DNA from: Chitinophaga pinensis
GTDB taxonomy: Bacteria; Bacteroidota; Bacteroidia; AKYH767-A; OLB10
Assembly: GCA_943332105.1 (NCBI GenBank)
Contig: CALQOD010000001.1
Location: 6,615 to 70,614 of the forward strand
Reading direction: 5' to 3'
DNA length: 64,000 nt
Shown: positions 57,809-64,000 of the stretch, in pieces
How positions within the stretch are numbered: position 1 is the stretch's first letter
Layout of the letters: each line of letters opens with the position of its first letter
The notes under the pieces: model-generated
Told to the model about the DNA's origin: nothing
Database searches by the model: none
What the model saw: the letters and a program-made list of their open reading frames with translations, nothing else
Position numbers and translations under genes: made by a program

Positions 57809-58770
57809 GCCTCCCCTCCTTTTTGATTGAGCATTTCTTTTTCAGCAGGAGGCGTTGTAGAATCAACAAACTGAATCGCGTTTATAAAACTCAATTCATG
57901 CTCTGATAAATACGGCATTGCTTTAGCAAATTTCACAAGATCTGCTAACCGTAATAAGTAAACAAGCTTTTCATTTTCTGTTGCATCAATTTGTTTTATA
58001 AATGCATGTTCTAGTATTTCATAAGAGGTAAATTCTAAAGCAGGAATCATCCAACGATTTTGAATATAGGCACGAACAATTTCCGTTAACTCAGAATAAT
58101 ATTTCTTTACATCACCTTGCTGCCATATTTCTTCTTGCTTTAATTGCTCGAAACTATTCATCGCAATTTCATAAGCTGATTGCTTAGGTGCTAAAATAAC
58201 TTTTGCAACATCATCACGTTTTTTTGCTTTCTTCAGATAGCGTACTACTAACCATATAATCACTACTAAAACTAAAACACCTAAACCTATCAAACCAATA
58301 AACATCCAGTCGTATGGAACATCTTGAATAGGATGAATATCTTTAATTGATTTAGTGGTATCAACAGGCATTAAGAATACTTTAACTGTTAAAGGATCGG
58401 TGTAAACTTTAGCAGTTGCATTTTGTAATTTATAATCGATAGTAAATCCTGGAATCGTAAAAAACCCCGTATCAAACGCCATCATTGTTACTTTCTGTGT
58501 ACGAAGTAAAATACTTTTATCATCAACCGGAATTGTATCTACGCCATCATTTTTAATAACCTCAAGCAATCCTATACTATCTGAAATAAAGGGCCATATT
58601 AGTTTTGCATCTTTAGGCTGGGTAATGGATAACTCTAACGAGAATGGCTGTCCGACAACAACAATATTTGTATCTAGTTTCATTATAGCTACAACGCCTT
58701 GCGACATTGATAAAAAGCTTAATGGCATCAATGAACAAATCAAAAAGCACTTTAAAATTAAATTTCTCAT
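57805..58770 (-). CDS. membrane protein: BatD-like N-terminal beta domain, TM helix, DUF4381-like C-terminal domain
   Basis: signal peptide; VVVGQPFSLELSITQP...FTIPGFTIDY; TM MFIGLIGLGVLVLVVIIWLVV; C-terminal ...YSELTEIVRAYIQNRW...LADLVKFAK. Confidence 0.6.
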   Translation of the reverse strand: MRNLILKCFLICSLMPLSFLSMSQGVVAIMKLDTNIVVVGQPFSLELSITQPKDAKLIWPFISDSIGLLEVIKNDGVDTIPVDDKSILLRTQKVTMMAFDTGFFTIPGFTIDYKLQNATAKVYTDPLTVKVFLMPVDTTKSIKDIHPIQDVPYDWMFIGLIGLGVLVLVVIIWLVVRYLKKAKKRDDVAKVILAPKQSAYEIAMNSFEQLKQEEIWQQGDVKKYYSELTEIVRAYIQNRWMIPALEFTSYEILEHAFIKQIDATENEKLVYLLRLADLVKFAKAMPYLSEHELSFINAIQFVDSTTPPAEKEMLNQKGGEA

Positions 58771-59636
58771 CGCTGCTTAAATAAATTCATTAAAGGTCTA
58801 ACATACGATTGATCAGTTCTTATTGCTACATGATCAACTCCCGATTTATTTAACAATTCAGTTGTTTGTCGTGCTGTTTGCTGAAAAAACAAACGATAAT
58901 TATTTCTAACATTTGAATCAGAAGTATCCATAACAGAAACAAAACCTGTTTCAGAATCTTTAAATCTCACTAAACCAACGTCGGGCATTTCTTCTTCACG
59001 AGGGTCAAATATTCTTAACGCTGCTAAATCATGTTTTTTAGAAGATACTTTTATAGCATCGTCAAAACCTGAATCCATAAAATCAGAAATAACAAACGCA
59101 ATACATCTTTTTTTAATTGTATTATTAAGGTACTTAAGTACCAAACTGATATTCGTTCCTTTTGAAGCCGGTTTATAGTCGACGAGCTCACGAATAATTC
59201 TCAAGATATGAGTCTTACCTTTTTTAGGAGGGATGTATTTTTCAATTCTATCAGAAAAGAAAATCACACCTGCTTTATCATTATTTTGTATTGCTGAAAA
59301 TGCAATTGTTGCTGTAAGTTCTGTAATTAAATCTTTTTTCAATTGAGTGTTACTACCGAACATTCCCGACTGACTAACATCAACTAACAACATAACTGTT
59401 AATTCTCGTTCTTCTTCAAAAATTTTAACATAGGGATTACCATATCGTGCAGTAACATTCCAATCAATATTCCGAACATCATCACCATCTACATATTCTC
59501 GAACTTCACTAAACGCCATACCTCTTCCTTTAAACGCAGAGTGATACTCTCCAGAAAAAATCTGAGAGGACAACCCTTTGGTTTTAATTTCGATTTTACG
59601 AACGCGTTTTAAAAGCTCAGCGGAATCCATTGACAA
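58767..59636 (-). CDS. DUF58 protein (VWA-like, MoxR partner)
   Basis: GEYHSAFKGRGMAFSEVREY..DDVRNIDWNVTAR signature. Confidence 0.88.
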   Translation of the reverse strand: MSMDSAELLKRVRKIEIKTKGLSSQIFSGEYHSAFKGRGMAFSEVREYVDGDDVRNIDWNVTARYGNPYVKIFEEERELTVMLLVDVSQSGMFGSNTQLKKDLITELTATIAFSAIQNNDKAGVIFFSDRIEKYIPPKKGKTHILRIIRELVDYKPASKGTNISLVLKYLNNTIKKRCIAFVISDFMDSGFDDAIKVSSKKHDLAALRIFDPREEEMPDVGLVRFKDSETGFVSVMDTSDSNVRNNYRLFFQQTARQTTELLNKSGVDHVAIRTDQSYVRPLMNLFKQR

Positions 59637-59641
59637 AATGA

Positions 59642-60625
59642 TTAAGGGACTTCAACAATATTTAAAACTTCATTGATAACATCATCAGTAGTAATATTTT
59701 CGGCTTCAGCTTCGTAAGTTAACCCAATACGGTGACGCATTACATCATGACAAATTGCACGAACATCTTCAGGAATCACATAACCTCTTCGCTTAATAAA
59801 CGCATAGGCTTTCGCAGCCAAAGCCAGATTTATACTTGCACGAGGCGAACCACCATAGCTAATCATGCTATCTAATTTACGAAGGTTGTTTTCCTTAGGG
59901 AAACGAGTAGCAAAAACAATATCTAAAATATACTTCTCGATTTTTTCATCCATATATACTTCACGCACTGCATGACGAGCCTTTACAATTGTATCCGCTT
60001 CGATGATTGGATTAATTTTAGGAAATTCCTGTGCTATATTTTGTCGAATGATTAATTTCTCTTCTTCTTTGGATGGATACTTAATTACAACCTTTAACAT
60101 AAATCGATCTAGCTGCGCTTCTGGTAAAGGATAAGTGCCTTCCTGCTCAATCGGATTTTGTGTTGCCAATACTAAAAATGGCTCAGGCAATTTAAAAGTT
60201 TCATCTCCAATTGTTACCTGACGCTCTTGCATAGCTTCTAACAATGCACTTTGAACTTTTGCTGGTGCTCGGTTAATTTCATCCGCCAAAACAAAATTGG
60301 CAAACAAAGGCCCTTTACGGACTGTGAACTGCTCCTGCTTCTGATTATAAATCAAAGTCCCTATTAAATCGGCAGGCAATAAATCAGGGGTAAATTGCAA
60401 TCGACTAAATTTTGCATAAATAGCGGAAGAGAGTGATTTAATAGCTAATGTTTTTGCCAAACCGGGCACCCCTTCTAGTAGTAAATGTCCATTTGACAAT
60501 AGGCCGATAAGTAAACGATCGAGCATATACTTTTGCCCTATAATGACTTTACCTAACTCTAAATTCAGCAAATCAATAAAAGCACTTTCCTGCTGAATTT
60601 TTTCATTAATCTCACGAATATCCAT
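59642..60625 (-). CDS. moxR: MoxR-family AAA+ ATPase
   Basis: Walker A GVPGLAKT, Walker B LADEINRA, ATQNPIEQEGTYPLPEAQLDRF. Confidence 0.95.
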   Translation of the reverse strand: MDIREINEKIQQESAFIDLLNLELGKVIIGQKYMLDRLLIGLLSNGHLLLEGVPGLAKTLAIKSLSSAIYAKFSRLQFTPDLLPADLIGTLIYNQKQEQFTVRKGPLFANFVLADEINRAPAKVQSALLEAMQERQVTIGDETFKLPEPFLVLATQNPIEQEGTYPLPEAQLDRFMLKVVIKYPSKEEEKLIIRQNIAQEFPKINPIIEADTIVKARHAVREVYMDEKIEKYILDIVFATRFPKENNLRKLDSMISYGGSPRASINLALAAKAYAFIKRRGYVIPEDVRAICHDVMRHRIGLTYEAEAENITTDDVINEVLNIVEVP

Positions 60626-60730
60626 AATTATTTTGAGTTAAAATTTCGAATTACAATATTAACCGATTCTCCTATGAAAAAGCAATATGCAAAAAGGAGT
60701 TATGCGTTAATTTGTTGTTAAAAACTTTTA

Positions 60731-61807
60731 CTACTCTAAACGAACGCGCGGATCCAAAAACGTATAAAGTAAATCAACAATCCAATTAATGATTACAAAG
60801 AAAATGGAGACCATCATTACTGCACCCATTACAACAGGAAAATCATAATGTTCTAATGCATCAACTGTAACTTTACCTACCCCTTTCCAACCAAAGATAT
60901 ATTCTATAAAAACAGCGCCTGCCAATAAGGAACCGAACCAACCAGATATAGCGGTAATTACAGGGTTTAGTGCGTTGCGCAAGGCATGCTTAAACAAAAC
61001 AGCATGGTAAGACAATCCTTTGGCTTTTGCTGTTCTAACATAATCTGTACTTATCGCTTCCAACATAGAACTTCTGGTTAACTGAACAATTATAGAAAGC
61101 GGACGGATACCTAAGGTAAGCGCAGGTAAAATAATGTTTTTTAATGCGAGAATTTCGCCATGAAAAGGATCTATTTCATAAAGACTACCTGTCATATTTA
61201 ATCCTGTCCAATCGCTAAGCACAAACCCAAAAAACCAAGCTATTAATATTCCGGCAAAAAAAGAAGGCACTGACATTCCAATAATACTAATAAATAAATT
61301 CAAATAATCTGGCCATTGCTGATATCGAGTCGCAGACCAAACACCTAATACAATGCCTACAACAGCAGCAATAAACAATGCAACGATTGATAACACCACG
61401 GTACCAGGCAAGGCATCTAATAAAATTGTGCTAACCAATTCTTGTGATTGATAAGACCGGCCTAAATAAGGCTTTTTAATAACGAGGGAATTATCAGCAG
61501 AATGAGCAATTATAAAATATGAACCATACTTCTCACGACTAACATAAGTAATACTATTGCTATCAACATTGTTATAAACTGAAACGGGTGAAATATCATT
61601 GATGTATAGCAGGTACCTTTTTGATAATGGTAAGTTCAAGCCTAGTTGCTTATTAATAGCTTCGATTGATGCCACATCAGAGCGCTGGCCTAACATCATT
61701 CGAGCAGGATCAGCAGGGAGCACATTAAACAAAACGAAAACTACTGTTACTACTCCAAAAATAATTAGCAGTCCGCTCGTAGTTCTCTTTAAAATTAATT
61801 TTATCAC
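60731..61807 (-). CDS. ABC transporter permease (DppB/OppB-like), no cognate SBP, ATPase or partner permease adjacent
   Basis: EAA-like loop TAKAKGLSYHAVLFKHALRNALNP; C-terminal DLLYTFLDPRVR. Confidence 0.85.
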   Translation of the reverse strand: MIKLILKRTTSGLLIIFGVVTVVFVLFNVLPADPARMMLGQRSDVASIEAINKQLGLNLPLSKRYLLYINDISPVSVYNNVDSNSITYVSREKYGSYFIIAHSADNSLVIKKPYLGRSYQSQELVSTILLDALPGTVVLSIVALFIAAVVGIVLGVWSATRYQQWPDYLNLFISIIGMSVPSFFAGILIAWFFGFVLSDWTGLNMTGSLYEIDPFHGEILALKNIILPALTLGIRPLSIIVQLTRSSMLEAISTDYVRTAKAKGLSYHAVLFKHALRNALNPVITAISGWFGSLLAGAVFIEYIFGWKGVGKVTVDALEHYDFPVVMGAVMMVSIFFVIINWIVDLLYTFLDPRVRLE

Positions 61808-61813
61808 GAAGTG

Positions 61814-62896
61814 CTATTTCTTATTTAACACTTGGAGTAACTCATTTTCCTTAAATTCTTTTTCGGTGGTACCTACCCAGTTTTTCACAATGTTTCCATT
61901 CCACATGTAAAACACTCCAGGAGTTGAACCTCCGTCACCCAATACAGTCCAGAATGTTGGAATATCTAAAATTCGATAAGGAATCTGAGCACCTGCATAT
62001 TGGAAGAATTCAGGAATTTTAAATGTCTCCTCATCCATAAAGAAGATATACACTTTAGGGAAGCCTGGATTCTTAGACAACTTAACTAAAGTCTTAGCTA
62101 CATTCTGACAATGATCGCATCCAGCGGCAAAGAAGCAAACTATTTTCTTTCCATTATCGATGTTCACTTTTTTATCGCCAAACACAGCATAATCGCTAAA
62201 GCGCGACTTTACTTTTGCAGGACCTGGGTCTACTAAGACAGAATCTTTTTTAATTGAATCAATTGTTATTTTTCCTGAATCATTTTTCAATGCACCTAAT
62301 ACATCTTTCCCCGTTTTAGAGATTGATGAAGCATCATCCATTGATTCTTCTACTTCCACTTGCGGTAGCGTAGTAGTTGTAGCTTTTGCACACGGACAAA
62401 ACGGAAATGCTACAAACATAAGTAGCGTTGAAAACAACCAGATTACAAGCAAAACATTAAAGCGATTTTTAGATTTATTATCTGCTGAAGTATTTTTATA
62501 AACGAAAACAAGTAAAATAATTGTAACCACATTCTTGATAAATGCTTCAAGCGGTGTCATAGGTAATAATTGACCGAAACAACCACAGTTACCATTCATA
62601 GCGCCATGCTTAACCATTTCAATGGTAAGGTGTGCACAAAACAAAACCAATAATCCGATGGTAGCAGGAATAACAATACGCTTTAAATAATGTGGCTGAA
62701 TGATCATGATACCTAAGGCAAGTTCTAAAGCAATTAAAGCTCTCGAAAAATAAGGAGCCATGCACCACGACATCAAACCTAAATCGACCAATTGCTTTTC
62801 AAATGTCCAGATAGGAAACATTTTAGCAACAGCAGAAAAGACAAACAATACAAAAATTAAAAATCGAATTACAAGGGAAATGTTTTGCTTATTCAT
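61814..62896 (-). CDS. fusion of MauE/DoxX-like membrane domain with a thioredoxin-fold domain
   Basis: 4-TM N-terminus with GNCGCFG; fifth helix followed by FCPC; C-terminal FFAAGCDHCQ (CxxC). Confidence 0.7.
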   Translation of the reverse strand: MNKQNISLVIRFLIFVLFVFSAVAKMFPIWTFEKQLVDLGLMSWCMAPYFSRALIALELALGIMIIQPHYLKRIVIPATIGLLVLFCAHLTIEMVKHGAMNGNCGCFGQLLPMTPLEAFIKNVVTIILLVFVYKNTSADNKSKNRFNVLLVIWLFSTLLMFVAFPFCPCAKATTTTLPQVEVEESMDDASSISKTGKDVLGALKNDSGKITIDSIKKDSVLVDPGPAKVKSRFSDYAVFGDKKVNIDNGKKIVCFFAAGCDHCQNVAKTLVKLSKNPGFPKVYIFFMDEETFKIPEFFQYAGAQIPYRILDIPTFWTVLGDGGSTPGVFYMWNGNIVKNWVGTTEKEFKENELLQVLNKK

Positions 62897-62913
62897 AAGT
62901 ATAAAAAATTAAA

Positions 62914-63459
62914 TTATTTTGATTCCTCGAGTTTAATTAACGCAAAAACAGCGTAGTTAATAATATCCTGGTAGTTGGCATCAACGCCTTCACTCATCAA
63001 TGTTGTACCATGATTATCTTCAATTTGCTTAATACGTTTTAATTTCATTAGAATTAAATCTGTCATAGAACTCACACGCATTTCCCTCCAGGCCTCCCCA
63101 TAATCGTGGTTTTTATTCATCATTAAATCCTTTACTTCAGTAATTTTCAAATCGTAAAAACTAACTGCTTTCTGATATTCAAGTTCAGTTGTATCATACG
63201 CACCAAGCTCAATTTGAATTAAGGCCATTAATGAGTAATTGATTATCCCAATGAATTCACTATCGACACCCTCCATCACCTTTTGCTCTCCTTTCTGCTC
63301 AATACTTCTAATTCTGTTAGCTTTAATTTGTATTTGATCTGTTAATGATGTGGGACGCAAAATTCTCCAAGCGCTTCCATAGTCCTTCATTTTGGTAATA
63401 TAAATATCTTTACAGCGAGAAATAGCTTTGTCGTATTGCAGGGATGTTAATTCAGACAT
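62914..63459 (-). CDS. tandem DUF1599-like protein
   Basis: two homologous halves (DYGSAWRILRPTSLTDQIQIKANRIRSIE / DYGEAWREMRVSSMTDLILMKLKRIKQIE). Confidence 0.7.
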   Translation of the reverse strand: MSELTSLQYDKAISRCKDIYITKMKDYGSAWRILRPTSLTDQIQIKANRIRSIEQKGEQKVMEGVDSEFIGIINYSLMALIQIELGAYDTTELEYQKAVSFYDLKITEVKDLMMNKNHDYGEAWREMRVSSMTDLILMKLKRIKQIEDNHGTTLMSEGVDANYQDIINYAVFALIKLEESK

Positions 63460-63510
63460 AATTCTTTAATTCTATACAAATATCAATAATCAGTAGTTAA
63501 AATAAATCAC

Positions 63511-64000
63511 ATGAAGGGGAATCTTTCTAACAGCATTAAATGTAGAAACAAACTTATCAGTTTAGAACATCCTGTTGCCATGGGCATTCTGAATACTACT
63601 CCTGATTCCTTCTATGACGGTGGCAAATTTAATGAAGAATTGGCCTTTATCAAACGGTTTGAGCAAATGTTAGATGAAGGAGCAATGATTATTGATGTTG
63701 GAGGCGCATCATCACGACCAGGGGCGGAAACAATAACTGCGCAGGAGGAATTATCGAGGACCATACCATTTATTAAGAGTGCGATAAAACAATTTCCGGA
63801 TGCTGTTATATCAATCGATACCTACAATTCTATTGTAGCTAAAGAAGCTGTTTATGCAGGCGCAAGCATTATAAACGACATATCGGGAGGCACACTCGAC
63901 GATAAAATGTTTGATACGGTTGCAGAATTGAAAGTCCCCTACATTCTAATGCACATGAAAGGAATTCCAGAAAACATGAAAGAGCTTGCAACCTATGACA
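63511..64000 (+). CDS. folP: dihydropteroate synthase, 5' part (runs off the window)
   Basis: manual translation: MKGNLSNS...VAMGILNTTPDSFYDGG...IIDVGGASSRPGAE; not in the ORF track because no stop lies within the window. Confidence 0.9.
   Translation, partial: MKGNLSNSIKCRNKLISLEHPVAMGILNTTPDSFYDGGKFNEELAFIKRFEQMLDEGAMIIDVGGASSRPGAETITAQEELSRTIPFIKSAIKQFPDAVISIDTYNSIVAKEAVYAGASIINDISGGTLDDKMFDTVAELKVPYILMHMKGIPENMKELATYD

Overview
Visibly AT-rich chromosomal segment of a Bacteroidota-type bacterium. Support for that assignment: four proteins end in T9SS Por_Secre_tail-type C-terminal sorting domains, there is a 287-aa RpoD, a MoxR-DUF58-BatA-BatB-BatC aerotolerance-type operon is present, and the Bacteroidetes -7 promoter box TAnnTTTG recurs upstream of genes. 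About 60 genes are tightly packed and mostly housekeeping: prfC, accC, sucC, bcp, prmC, ribD, ribH, dnaA, queD, rpoD, bshA, dapD, ruvX, def, aroK and a folP 5' part. There is a tRNA-Ser/Pro/Arg cluster at 27.8-28.2 kb. I see no CRISPR array, transposase, integrase, rRNA or recognisable defence system. Regions that are not ordinary: (1) 28.3-41.0 kb, directly after the tRNA cluster, holds four large T9SS cargo proteins built from shared jelly-roll/Ig/BNR modules, with an embedded polytopic membrane protein carrying a C-terminal TPR domain (TMTC/PMT-like glycosyltransferase candidate). (2) 60.7-63.5 kb is a tight minus-strand operon of a DUF1599 protein, a MauE/DoxX-thioredoxin fusion and an orphan ABC permease, divergent from folP. 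(3) 7.6-9.5 kb is a decaying foreign-looking cassette with a 5'-truncated ribonucleotide reductase gene, a start-less remnant, an intact FkbM methyltransferase and a gene with an in-frame stop. (4) The Bat operon lacks BatD/BatE and has a BatD-like/DUF4381 fusion. (5) An ABC importer operon has no ATPase gene and ends in queD. At the DNA level, several genes have the -7 box only 4-6 nt from the ATG (leaderless transcripts), and six of ten convergent gene pairs have 1 nt or less between their stop codons. No finding is proven novel from sequence alone. Family assignments come from motif recognition by eye, not from database searches.
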